Of a stretch of DNA of 64,000 nt, positions 13,901 to 27,353 are shown one piece after another. The stretch lies in the NCBI GenBank assembly GCA_051362555.1, contig CM120642.1:12028001-12092000 (forward strand), written 5' to 3'. The stretch comes from Lingula anatina (taxonomy: Eukaryota; Animalia; Brachiopoda). Below the pieces are notes generated by a model. That model was not told the DNA's origin, did no database searches, and was given only the letters and a program-made list of their open reading frames with translations. The translations under genes and the position numbers were made by a program. Every line of letters begins with the position of its first letter. Positions within the stretch are counted from its first letter, which is position 1.

Positions 13901-16900
13901 TACATAACCTAAAATATAAGAGCTGTGAGGTAAATTCATATCAATGTGTTGCCCTATTCATGATCTCCCTAGGTTCTGCTCTTGCCCATATTATTGCTCT
14001 TCCGCACCTAATTAGGTGCAGGGCAACAATATGGCTGACAGAGAAAGAAGAACCAGAAATATTGGCAATAAAGTTTTTTGCAAGTTATTTTACTTTTAAT
14101 GAAAACTATAAGGAGAAGTATTACTTAAGACTGAACAAAAAAAATTGACACTGCTTACAATTCCTATGATTTTACCAAAACAAATTTATATTCTATTTCA
14201 ATAGAAGAGCTCATAAAAATTCTTCAAAAACTATTATTAAAAAGTCCTCAGTGTAGAATCAATGTCCATGGCAATGCACAAGGCAAAGACCAACTTTGTT
14301 AACTTGCTCTGAAAAAAGAACACACGGTTATTCGCTCCTCCAACTGTGTTCTTAGGCTTGCATGATAGCAAGGGCCTGAGCTCATCTGAACGGACCAGTG
14401 TGCAAAGCACACTTCGTGAGTGTAATCTGTATGTAATAACAAAGAAATATTTTATTCAAAAAGTCTACATGGGGCATACATGAGCACAAACATAGTACAC
14501 ATTGAAAAATAAACCAAAAAAAAAAAAAAAAAGGTTGTAATAAGGTAAAAGTGTGTTGAGTCGCTGATTGGGCAGGGTCTCACCGTCCCTGTTGCCCCGA
14601 TCAGTCAACTAAGTTCACCTTGCCCGATGATTTAACTCCCTTCCATATGCAGAAGTAGACAACGACCCAGGCAAGAAGAAGACACAGTGCTAGGTCCCAC
14701 TTGATTGTACCCATTGCGTTGATCCCGGTCGAGATCTGCAAGACTTTGCGCCTGCAGAAAATTGGGATAATCATAATCACCTTATTAGTAGATGGAGCCA
14801 CAGAGGCATTGCTCAACACATGCCGCAGCGGCGGTGAAGTTGTTTGTTGTATTTGAGTGTTGTGTTGTTTGTGTTTTTTGTGGAGAGGACCATTAATTAA
14901 GCCACTTGAATGGGACTGGTTTTTTAAGGGATAGTGTTAATTGGGTTCTTTAGATGTGTTTCAGGAAAAATCTGTGCAAGTGTGCAGTTAATGGAACAAA
15001 TTCCTTCAAGACAATTTATTCCTTTTCATTTCTTTTTCATTTCAAATCATAGATCTGTGGAAAAGACATGCATATTCTACATTTCTTTCATTCCATTTTT
15101 TACCTCACAGCAAAATTTTACAAAGTTTATAATTTCTTGCATTAATCACCCAAATTTTATTAGTTTCAAAATCAAGTGATTACTGGCAAAGCAAATGCAT
15201 TTGCATATCAATCAGTTTAATCATTCCAACAACCACACACAAACACACAAGTGCATTTGGACAGACTTATGGTTTCACTGCAAAACTCAGATTAATGCCA
15301 CACAAGACTCATTTTTAATACTTTTAAAGCTATTCCACTAAAATTAGGTACAGAGGCAAAGTTATATTTTTAGTGTGATAACCAAACAAAATCAGTTTTG
15401 GACAGAAAACAGTAAATGAAGAATCATGACCATTCCCCTACTTTATTTTTCAATTTAATGATAGATCACACCACACCTAATAGTAGAACTGCAATGGGTT
15501 ATTTAATCAGGAGTAATCTAACTTGTGCACGTTTTCTTATGTGGCCAGGACACAGTTTCAGTGACAACCAAACATTCTTTCAGTTTTTCATAGCATATAC
15601 ATTGCGATAAAACTAACATAGGTGTCTATGAGTTTTTTTTAAGACCAGGATAAATCATCAAGACATTGAACAGTCATCTATAAAATTTGACTCATTCTTC
15701 CTACAAATCAATAAAAAACAGGAATGAAGCAACTAAAAAGGGTTTAAGTCATACAGCAGTCTAAGAACCAATCTTTAAAAAACTGAAAGATTTTTTTTCA
15801 CTGTGCTTAAAGGAAAACCTGAATAGTCAATTAGTTTATCACACTTCAGTAATGCACACTGCCAAGATTTCTTTTTTTTTTACTCTCCAACTACACGGCA
15901 CATTGTACACCACCAACCACCCCCTCCTTCACTGGATCCTTTAACCCCTCTTCCAACCCCTAGAACCCCCTCATCCCAAGGCAAGCAGAGTTTTCTACCA
16001 GAAATATATTAACAACATTTAAATGTTCTATTATCTGAAGTTTCACCTCATATTTTAAACCATGCTCTAATGCCAAATATATGTATGTCTTAAATTTAGT
16101 GTTGTACCAAAGAGAATCTAGGTTCCAATGTTTTTTTGAGACAAGTACTGCCAATAAACACATAAGTAGGGGCATAATTTTGTCAATATCTAATGGCCTT
16201 TGGGTAAGGTTGCAACTGCTGTGTGAGAGAGAAAATTCAGCTATGTACAACTTGTATCATCCTAATTCGCATAAAAGCCTGCCGATGGCATCTCCATAGC
16301 TCAGATATTTCTTATGTAATCTAGGTTTAATCAATTTCATGACAGTTTTCTCTTCCATTTAGAGATTAAGCTGAAATGTGTAATCCAGAAGGGTTTTACT
16401 TGGGTTACATGTTCAATCGTAGGTCTATAAAAATAAAAGGAAGGCAATGTATTTTGATGAGTTGCATTTTAGTTTTAAAATTCTATGAAAGGAGTTTTAG
16501 TACTGTTACTTAAGATTGGAATTATGCTTTGTTGTCATTTTTTGTTTGTTTTTTGTGATGCTTTTACATTTGTGTTTTGTTTTTTAAATACTTGTGAATA
16601 GTAAAGAGACCATTTGTGGGATTTTAGTTATTTTCACTTGATTTTCTTAGCAAACAGTGCCAAAGGCATGTTTCCCCATTTCTATTGATGGTATTACTAC
16701 CCGTGTTAAAAAACAATTAAATTGGAAAATGCATATCAACATGAAATTAACCACATGACTTGTCTAATCTTAAACTCTATATTTCAAGGATATTTTTCAG
16801 TTTGGAAATTCATGGTCAATAAGAAAAAGCAACTGTACAACTGCACAATGAAAGTATGCCTCTTTTTTATATCATAATCCCATAAATGGCCACTTTCACA

Positions 16901-19900
16901 TTCTATTAAATTTCTTAGAACAGATATTAAAATTAAAAGCTATGTCACTAGAGTAATAATACACTGACAGCATATCAATTTCCAGATACCAGGGCAATAA
17001 TGAACTAACTTGTGTTTTGCTTTACTGTTCTTTTTGAGCAAATTGTGTTTAGCAAAAGAATTCTGTATTTTGTTTATCACTGTGTGTTGCAATCCATTAT
17101 AAAACTTATTTGTAACATCTGTCAATAACATTGATTTCACTCTTGCAAGATCAATGGTTTTTATAAAATTGTAAAATAAACTCACTATATATCCAAAAGT
17201 ATAAAACAACTCTATTGACATATAAACAAGTGAAAAAATCCCGGGCTTCAAGGTGAATTTTTGAGAGAAATTTGAAGACTTAGCTCAGATTGGGGGCCAA
17301 AGATGACAGCAAAATTATACAAATATTTTGAACAAAAAAAAAAAAAAAAAAAAGTCTGACCTTGACCTTTATTGAAGTTGACCTACTTCATCAAAGTCTA
17401 GTATTGCTTCACTATTTCAATACACTATATTTCATAAATTGTTGTACTATAATGGTTCAAAATTAATGACCTATAAATATAAGAAATAATGTTAAACCTA
17501 GAAAAAGTAGGTCAAGGTCATAATAATAGGCAAATGTTAGACTGATCCTCCTAGCCATAAACTGTTCTAGTTGCTGCCAAATTTCCGATGTTACCTGTAC
17601 AGAATAAATCTGCACAGAGTCAAATATATTGATCTGCCAAAAGCAAAGAGCAAATGTTAATTCAGAGTATGTCTGGATAATATTACTTGTAAATAATTGG
17701 TTATCAAAGTTAGGATCATTAAAGGCCCACAGGATATACAGCCCCCCCTCCAAACTGAATTGTGAGTTTGGAGGCATCATGTTGAAATGCCTAACAAAAA
17801 TGGAAAAGGTCATTATTTACTGAGTAACCATGGTGCCTTGAAAGGAATGTTTTATGTGCTTTGGGTTTTTCAACTGCACAATATATAATGTGCCTAGCTG
17901 GCTGCAAAAGAAAATTGTCTCTCCCTCTCTCAGTACTTTTTTTAGGTAAATATCTAAAAATGCACAAAATATTTTTTTTTTCAAATATCAGTGTTGATAA
18001 TTTTTGATTTTATCAGATTTTATAATATGAATAATTTTTTTAAAAAAATTTAGCGACTGGATCTACTAGGTACAGAAAATAAGTCCAGAATGAAAAAAGT
18101 TTGCTAAAAACAGCATAAGGATAATGTCTTTACAGACTCAGCAAAGTTGTATTAAGATTGATTTCCCTCGCAGAAATAAATAAAGGAGACAATTCAAATG
18201 AAAATAACTTTTTGTTGAATGACTGTGTACTGAAGGATTAATTTTCAGATTAGGTAACATGAGTTATACATAGGAAAATGAATTTTGCTTTCATGCAAAG
18301 AATGTAAACACATTCTGTTATTCTTGTGTCTCAAAGTAAAAACTAAATATTGTCTTTACTAATGGTTTGTATAAATTTGGGTTGAATAACAATAGTGTAA
18401 ATGTCTATCATACTGACACAACCACAGGGCCAAGCGCCACTTCAACAATTATTTGCCAAATAATCACGGATGCTGCCAATTTTAAAAAATCACTTCAAGC
18501 AATTTCAAAAATCCCTCTCAAGGCCACCCATCACCAGCAAGCAATGACATGTTCTTCTGGTGCCACAGATATTCTGACATTTATCATTTCCCTGCATTAC
18601 CCAGTAAATAGACCATAATTCTCATTATACCTCTTCTCTAGAAAAAGCACTATGTGAATAATTGCTCTTTTCTATAACTTCACTTAAGTCCCATACCAAC
18701 AGAAAGCATTATACAGTTAAGTTATCATTCCAAATAAATGGTGCTTTGTCATTTAAAGATATTTGTGAGTCCCATTCTATTTTAAGTGGATGGCTAAGGC
18801 AAACGCATGGCTTAGGCAAATGTCAGAATATATGCAAGGACCATTTTAAATTGAAAAACAGGGAAATCTTTCTTATATAATGTCACCCTGCCTTTGTGTT
18901 AACAAAGGACTTCAAAATTGTGAGAATCTAGGAAAAAATGGAAATCTATTAAGGGGTATTATGTAAGTCTAAAATATTGTTATTGATCTCATATCTACAA
19001 ACGTTATATATTTACTGAGCAAAAAAAAACTAATATTAAAAGACAAAAATCTGGTCTTTTTTCTTCAAAAGAAAAAAATGGAAGACTGATGAAGAAACAA
19101 AATTTACACTTACTCCCAGTATTCAGTTACAGAATCAACTCCTTTGGTCTTGTTAGAAAACATAGTGTCATTACCCACACTCTGAGAGGCATTGAGTGTA
19201 GCATTGGTGGAGTTGGTAACATCATAGTGCATTCGGCAATGAATGGTGTTCCACGCGTTGCCACACGTGGCCCATGGCAAAACTGACGTGAACGACGCGA
19301 AGAAGTAGTAGAAGGCCCAGGTCAAGATGACGTTGTAGTAGACATTCAGGGAAAACACAATGACTGTCGCTGCATACCCAATGCCTAAAAAAAGATGTGC
19401 TTTGTTCTCAGTCATTTTCATTTTGGGGTTAAATAAAGGCCCTATGTGACACTCAAATAAAACAGCAGAATAAAAAGTGAACAGTTTTCATAACCTTAAA
19501 CAGTTTCTCTTATTTTCACAACAAGCAGCACCTTCAAACTGATCATGTAACTGATAGAAATAATCATGAAAGATAGTAAAATGTGTTAATTATAAGAGTT
19601 CCATACGCACACAAAAAAAGAGAAAAAAAAGTCAAGAACAAAAACATGGTTCAATCAGTGAATTTTTCCACTAGTGACGGAGTGGAAAAAATGCTGGCAG
19701 CCAACTGTGCCGTAGACAATAAGAAATAAAACAAACTTGTGGGTAATGACTTCATTTATGGATCTCATAACAAAAACATTACCCAAATCTTCCATAAGGA
19801 ATCTTTTATCAGGCAATCAATTCCACATTTTTGTATTAACTACAGCAAAGTCGATATAGGTGTGCTGAAGGTGCTCCAGTTACCAATACACATACACTGA

Positions 19901-22900
19901 TGTGAAACAACAACACTTCATCATGAAAAGAAATCTTTTCCTATCAAAAAATTCATTTTGCAGATCTCATATGTCAATATACCCAGGTTACTATGTCAGG
20001 ACTTGTAAATCACCAAAATCAATTTGACAAGAACTCATCAAATGAATCATCACCATCAATTTGACAGATTAGCTGCAAGTTTAGATGAAAAGTGCTATTC
20101 ATTTTTGCACCAAGTCTAAAAATTGTGAACAATACTCAGGACTGTCTAGTTGTTTGTGCCAATTAGCCTTGTACCCACCTTGAAACAATGGTACCAGTTT
20201 CCACACTCCTATCCCGCCCTGGGACATGAACTGTCCCAAAGCCACTTCCAGAAAAAACACTGGAATTCCTCCAAGGATTACACAGGTGAAGTAAGGAATT
20301 AGAAAAGCACCTGCAAAGAAGCAAAGAGTAACTATGGATGTCATTTACAAAAATATAAATAATAAATATAAAATATATAGCAACTAAATTAAAATTATTA
20401 TTAATTTATTTGTTAATGTAACTAATTCAATAATAATAATAATAATAAAGAAGAATATGGGTTGAATTAACTAATTTATTTCAAATTTTGAATCAGAGAG
20501 GACCCCTACCCCTCCAGTCTACAGCCCTAGCTGTAATCCTTCACCAGGAAAAAAGTGCAGAAAATAGACTAGAGGAGGCAATGATCTTGTGGTATGTTTA
20601 TCTATATACTTGGAACATATTAGATAAAAGGTGAAACCTCCCTTCAGGGGATCAGCTTATCTGCCGTGTTCAAGGGCATAAAGCCAGCAGAATATCTTCA
20701 GGTAAAACCTGTGCAAAACAAGTAATTTCCTAGAAAATTATGTTCCCATTTCCTGCAATCTTAAACCCCTTGGGCAAACTTGACATGTGCTGATTTCCAT
20801 GTTGTCTTCCAAAATCGATGTTTGGCAATAGGTGTATGTAATAATATTGCACCACATAAGTTGTTAATAAAGCTATTTCTTAGAGTAAATTTCCCAAAAG
20901 AATTTTCGGCCAATTAACGTTATTTGGCACATGCACCATTTTGCAGATTAAAATCTCTGTTAAGAAAAGAAATAAGAACAAACACAGTACAAAAATGTTC
21001 TCCAAAAAGAATACATCCCACAAGTGAATAATCAGTTCTATAATGAAGACTAGCTGACTGTTTTTCAATCTATTTATCTTTAAAAACAGAAATGACGTAA
21101 CTTAGTTATTAAGAGGTGGGTGTAAGCTTTTTTATAAGCTGCAGGTATTCTTACTTAATTGCTTTTCTCCTTTCACCTAAAAACTTGAGAGTTAAAAAAC
21201 CTTATGAATCACGAAAGAAAAAAGTGGAACTCACAACAGGTATTAAACATGCTGAAGTTGGTGCTTAGCTTTTGGTAGTTTGTTGATATTAAGATAAATA
21301 GAGAGAACCTCCCGTTGTTCATACAAAGTGTCAGCATAACTCACATCATCATTAGGTGCCTGACGCACAAGAAGATCAAATTCATCAACTTCAGAGCCAG
21401 GTGGCTGTTTGACTAGCCTCTCTTTAGGAGAAAATTCCTTGAAGCCGATTAACTGGTTTATTTTCAAATAAAAAATTTGAACCTTATCAAATTAAAATCA
21501 TCAAAGTTTGGTCCAAAACAATATTTTACATTCAACTAAGCAAAACTAGTATTTGTTTAGAGTTAAGCTAAATTTTTTCTTTGTAGCAATAAGCCCACTA
21601 TGACTGTAAAACTTGCAGGGAGATGCAGAAAAATATAACGGAAGTTTTAAATAATAAAGAAAACACAGTATTAGCTACATTTAAATGTTGGGGTTTCTTG
21701 GTTTGAACGAAAATACTTGCCCTTTCACACCTGATACCTTGATGCATCATTGAATAAACCAGACAGCAAAGCTGGCAATAAACAGACACCAACAAGCCAC
21801 CAGCAAAACCCTTTTTTTTTTTTTTTGCAAAATAAACCGAATTGCAGATTTTTGAAAGAAATCTGCCTTACTTCCAAACAAAGCCACTTGCCAAAATATA
21901 TATATAAAAAAAAAGAATATAGTAACTTTTGAAAAAATATTCCAATCATACCAATTTTCTGAAGGAACCAACATTTTCACAAACAAAGCCAGTCAATAAC
22001 TTTTAAACAAAACAACGTTTGACAGTTAATAGGTTGAACACCAGATCAGTGGAACAGCATCTGTGGCGGTCACAGCAAGGACCCACAGTGATATAAATAG
22101 AGAGTCTGTGTAGAAAAAAACACATCTTGGTTCAGTGCATAAAAATCCAATGGAGTTCTATCAAACTAACATTTACATCTTATTCCTGAAATGGTTGAGA
22201 TTTTTCCATCACCATTGGGTAAAAGACTTTTAAATACACTTTTCTCTCAAAACAACAATGAATGAAATAAGCACTATGAAATTTTTAAGCTTTAATTAGA
22301 ATAAAATGTGCATGAAATTTACTGTATTATACATAGTGTACTGTTGTACTAATATTTATTGTTCATTCAGAAACTTTCCACTTAAAAAAAAAAAACAATC
22401 TTATAATGCACTGTTCCATGTTTTCTTCAACAATAATATACATTGTAGATGTCTAAGGGATTTTTTCAAAGTTACAGCACTTCTTTAGTCAAAAGCATAA
22501 GTTCACTCAGTATAGTATATATAAATGCTGTACGATTTGGAATTTTTAGTTGATAAGGTGCCATGACAGCCACTGCATATACAGATAATCAGATAAAGAG
22601 CAAACCAAATGAAAAAAATTAAATAAAGACAATTTAACAATTTAGCACAAACAGCTGTGGGTACTACCAGTATCCCTGTGTACTGTTTCATGTCACTGAG
22701 TACAATATTAAGACAGAATGCATGTTTAAATAATAAGGAGTGTTCTCTTTTATTTAGTTTGCTTACAATAATATGCAGAAACCACAAACAGCAATCAAAA
22801 AAGGTCATTAGTTAGAAGGTTATTAGGTTAAGTACAAATAAATGTAAATGGACAAAGCATCATATATAGACTCTATATATGATGCTTAAGTTTAGCAAAT

Positions 22901-25900
22901 GTCCACTCTTCAGAATGTTTAGCAGGCCCAGGACCAAAAAGACCTTGTCACTGACATTTTACTTATTTATGACCATACATGTACGTATCATTTGCAACAA
23001 AAAAATAATACTTCACAAAAAGAAATAATACTTCATAAATAAATAAAAACATGCAGAATTAGCATTTGGTTCTCCTCCAAACACTCAGGGCAAAAATGTT
23101 TACAGGTTAGCAATCTCTGCACCTCTTTATGGATATAACAGACACTGATAATACGGGAAACATCTGCTCTATGTATTTATCTTAGTCATGTGCAGATTCA
23201 TTTGTGCTTATATTCAATACTGATCAATACTTCTAATACATATCTACTATGTAGCTGGATAGCAATATGTACCCCGAGTCTCAAGTTACTGATGGTACCT
23301 TACTCGGTCCAGCAATGACATGCTAATGTAAGACACCCTAATACACAGGGTGATCCATATCTGTCTCTGACATAGTGAGAAATACATTCCATGCATGTGG
23401 ATAACTAGAATGTATACACTCTTTTTTTAATTGTATGTTATAGGGTGCAGATAAAGCACTGAACAGCCGGATGCTCTGCAGAGTGGCCCACTTGCTAAGG
23501 CTGGCCATTTCTTTCTTTCGACAATTATTAGGCGTAAATTTCCTTATTCAAATATGCAAAAAGAAAAAAAAACAGTTTGTACAATAAGGTGAAATTTCAG
23601 GGCTCACTTCAACATTTAGTTAAGCCAAGTAGCTACTCAATAAACCTAAGATAAATTGGCGAAAAATATAAACCATTTTTCCACTTAAATAAATAAAAAT
23701 CTTTTGCCTCTGAGCCAAATAAACCTAGCAATTGACATCACAGTTGGAACTCAAGATTATAATTCAGAATATCCTACAAACAATTTTTTTCTTTCTTTGC
23801 CTTTTTTCTATACACAGAAAGTATGTTTGTTGCACATTCTTCAGTAACATTTCACCTCTAACCTTCCATTTTTACTCAGACACTTAAAAATATTGTATTG
23901 GTGGCATGTTATTCACAATACCAAGTAAAACCGTCATAGACCTTTACTTCTTTCCCACACACTTTGCGCAGTGTGAACCCCCCAGAAAAACATTCTGTGA
24001 ATGCCCAAAGGTCTTGAAATGTCAAAGGTTTCCTAAATTTGTCTTTGCCCACTGATTGCCGGAATCCTCCATCTATTTTTGACCAAACATCATGAAGTGT
24101 GTGGTATGCAAAGATGCAAGAATTGCCTGATATATATCTGAAAGTTAGAATTCTGTCCAGTTTAAAGTGTGTGAGGTCCAGAAAATGTAGCCTGCAGCTT
24201 CTTCCTTTACAAATTATAAAAGCACATATTGCTTATTTCCTGGGAAGTCGATTATTTCTAGAGTGAGACCTTTTAGCTAAGCAATGCATTTGCCATGTAT
24301 AAATTTGTATCTGTACATTTACTTGATCAATAAGAGGCATGGTCACATTTGATTTCGTAGAAATATCACAAAATTAAAAAAAAAATAACTGCCAGTAAAA
24401 TTATAAATATTCATAACTGGTATTGAATCGAGGACTGGTGAATCAGTACGCATTGCACAGTATCATACCCCGAACAAATTTTGAGTGGTGATGCAATACT
24501 TTTCAACCCTGCTGAGAATCGTCACTATCACATCGCGTACTAGGCAAGAGCAGTGTCGCTTCTGATACTGTGAAATGAGTACTGATACACACCTTGAAAA
24601 CGGGTAGTGTGGTCCGATCTACCGGTGAATTCAGGATCATTCGGTGCCGAGTCTGGTAGTTGGGTAGGCCTGAAAGTGGTTAGGTTAATTACATGGTATA
24701 AATGAACATCTACAAAGTGACACAAACCTCCAGCAGTGAAGTTTGAAATAAACTCTGAGAATACATGGAACCTACAAGGAAATTTATCTCTTTCAACATG
24801 ATTAAATTAACCACCAATGCCAAATAAATGTAGGTCTTAAAACTTAATTCTCAATTTTTCAATTATTTCATTTTATTTTAATAGCTATTTTTATCAATTC
24901 TATTTATTAATTTGTTAATTAATTTATTTTTGTTGTTGTTATTATTGTTATTATCATTATTTTTTTTTCTTGCAAAGTATAAGGTAACATGAAGAAATTC
25001 AATACTACGGCTCGTGCAATCTTTGTAACATTACATCCCCCCCTTCCTGGACAAGCATCCACTCCATCATAGTTTGGAGAAAATCTGGTTACAGCTTGCT
25101 TTCATGTCCTACGCATGAATCTTTCAACCATGGTACAGTGATATTTCTGTGTTTATCTAGTGAGCGGCCTGTTTACTACATCAAATATCTCAGAGTGCAT
25201 CAATGATAAGTCAAAGGACTTGCAAACATGTTATGACAGACTCAATACTGACTTGTCTTGTAATGTGAACTTGAAAAAAAAATCCAATGTCAAGGTGATG
25301 CTCCTTCACCTTCAAATGAAAGGGATAACTAAAGGGATTTTTGTCACCATCTAAACCTTTACAAGTAAATTTTCTACTTGAAGATCTCGTTGTGTCACCC
25401 TTCAGTCTGCTTTATAAACAATGAAGCCACTTTGCCTGCTTATAAACTAGAAGCTAAAACAGCAATCATTGCAACCCTTAACTTGGCTTAAGCCAAATTT
25501 TTATGCAAAACTTTTTCAGAATACTCCAGGTGATTGGGACATTTTGGAAGACAGGATGACATCATAAGTACTTATAAATAAAACGATTCATTGTTTGGGT
25601 TCCCTTGCTTAAGTGCTTTCTCAATCTCCATCCCGATGCACTAGCCCTTTAAGTTTGGCCTTTGATAAGAACACATTTAAACTTTCCTTTCCTTGTATCA
25701 GGCTGGCTTTGTCCATGAACTCAATGTACCGTATGTGGGGGCTGTTTTGAGCATTCAAACATTAGGAAATGTAAACATGATTTTCAGGTAAATAGCAGCT
25801 GGGTACCTTGTAATTTAACAGAAGTTAAAAATATACCTGTACTCATTCCTTTGTATAATATTTCAACATAGAGGGCAAATAAGGATGTAAACAGGATGTT

Positions 25901-26924
25901 TTGAAAAAGACAATAGTCTGAATCACTTAATGAAAACACTCCAGAGACAAAAAGTGTAAAGCAAGGTATTTTTCCAATAGTGAATGACCATTAATAATCA
26001 AATATTTCTTTACAAAAGAAGTCTACTTAAGATAAACAAAGATGGTTTCCACTTTAAAGATTAAATGAAAAACAAGTAGTTTCCCACTGAAAAAAACTGT
26101 TGTCCCTCATATTGTTTATATCAATCTTAAGTTCACTGAATTTCCAATAAGTAGATGTCTGACACTTTACCTCTAGGGGTTTTTATGTCTGAGATATTAT
26201 CATAACTGAGAGACATGTTTACTAGTAAATACATTTCATACTTTATACTTCTTTCCTGTTAATCCTTTAAACCAGTGTGCATAATAACAAAGAATAGAAA
26301 TATATAATTATCAATAAATAAAGAAATTAATAAATATTTTCTTAATTTAAAAATGATGCAGTTTAGACTTGGTATTATTTGGTACCTATCAAAATGTGAT
26401 TACATGTATTTCTAGTTTCCGTTAAAACTAAATTTAGGAATAGACCGGCTGATAGACCATTGTCTTCAGCACTCTCATTTGTTTACGTTTCTTGCGCCTA
26501 TGCCAATCAAAAAGTTAGATTCACGTACGGGGCCATTTGGTACCCACTGAAAGCGATAAAGGCAAATCAGAAGCGATCATGATAAAGTTATAACAGCGCA
26601 ATTGTGAACATTTAACAAACAAAGCACCTAGGAGTGCCTGGGTCTGATGCACGGTAACTTACCGCCTCCATTTTTGTAGCAAAGATAGGGGAACCGCCAA
26701 ACGTTTCCCAGCCCCACAGAGAAGCCGATACACGCCAGCAAGAAGTCTATTTTGTTGGTCCATGTTTCTCTCTTCTTCAGCTTCGTGCCCTCGTCTTGTG
26801 TGGAATCAGATGAGACCGTGCCTTGACTGAGAACGTCGCCGTTGACGACAGGTGAAACGCCGTTTTTCTTCTCATCTAGGGCGGCTTCGGCCTGTTTCTC
26901 TTGGTCAGGTGTCTGACGATCCAT
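3643..26924 (-). CDS. SLC6 sodium- and chloride-dependent transporter, creatine/taurine/GABA group (likely invertebrate taurine-transporter/CT1-clade); 13 coding exons, 680 aa
   Basis: Exons: 26663-26924, 20179-20310, 19114-19384, 14619-14751, 13774-13908, 7419-7522, 6639-6763, 6331-6443, 5835-5972, 5237-5336, 4760-4860, 4195-4365, 3643-3900. All introns are GT-AG and phases are consistent (2043 nt). Motifs: [37 protein letters not shown] (TM1), EL2 [31 protein letters not shown] (TM6), [21 protein letters not shown] (TM8). The exact orthologue cannot be resolved by eye. Confidence 0.95.
8196..8391. mobile_element. Degenerate Harbinger-type MITE in SLC6 intron
   Basis: Ends GGGGCA...AATGAGTT and AACTCATTCTGAATGGCCCC, flanked by TAA and TTA. 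The right end resembles that of MITE A. Confidence 0.45.
22855..22887. repeat. Perfect 16-bp palindrome with 1-nt spacer
   Basis: AAGCATCATATATAGA-C-TCTATATATGATGCTT. Confidence 0.9.
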
Positions 26925-27283
26925 TTTGCTTTAAATAGTAAGTGGAGCAAAGTATATTTTACATATGTATATCTTAAAATACATACAATGGGGAACCGCC
27001 ATTTTTCAATAGATTGACCTGGTATCAAATTCAGCATAACAGTGCGTCGTAGGTACACAAATATGCTGTGAAAAAATAACGTTTGATAAAAGAACATGAA
27101 AGAGTGAGTTGCACGCTACCGATACGGTTTGTTAAGTTTACAACGGCTACGGCCCAAGACAAACCACGTTTCTCTCCGAAGTTTTTTCCGTCTGTGATAT
27201 TTCAAATTCACTCATAATCATTACATGCTTTGCTTACTTTTAAAATAAAATGAAAAATATATTCAAGGTATTGCAGTTCTTAC

Positions 27284-27353
27284 CGATAAATATATTTCCT
27301 TAGCCTTTCCATTTTTCTTTGAACGGTATTTCTTTGAGCGATACAATAGGTCC
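27284..27353 (-). CDS. Probable upstream exon of the SLC6 gene, part UTR and part coding; adds MERLRKYIYRK in frame
   Basis: Acceptor ttgtttcag at 27354-27355 and donor CG|GTAAG at 27283. ATG at 27312 in AAAAATGG context. Splicing to the AAG acceptor at 26929 (CG|C AAA ATG) is in frame with the ATG at 26924. Confidence 0.5.

Noticed and set aside
17357-17520. Inverted TGACCTTGACCT / AGGTCAAGGTCA motifs as nuclear-receptor elements
   Set aside because: Embedded in repeat-like sequence next to a poly-A run; more likely a decayed interspersed repeat.
21243-21467. 74-aa protein-like ORF in SLC6 intron 1
   Set aside because: No family recognised, non-ATG start, and no convincing splice sites. 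A BLASTX search would settle it.
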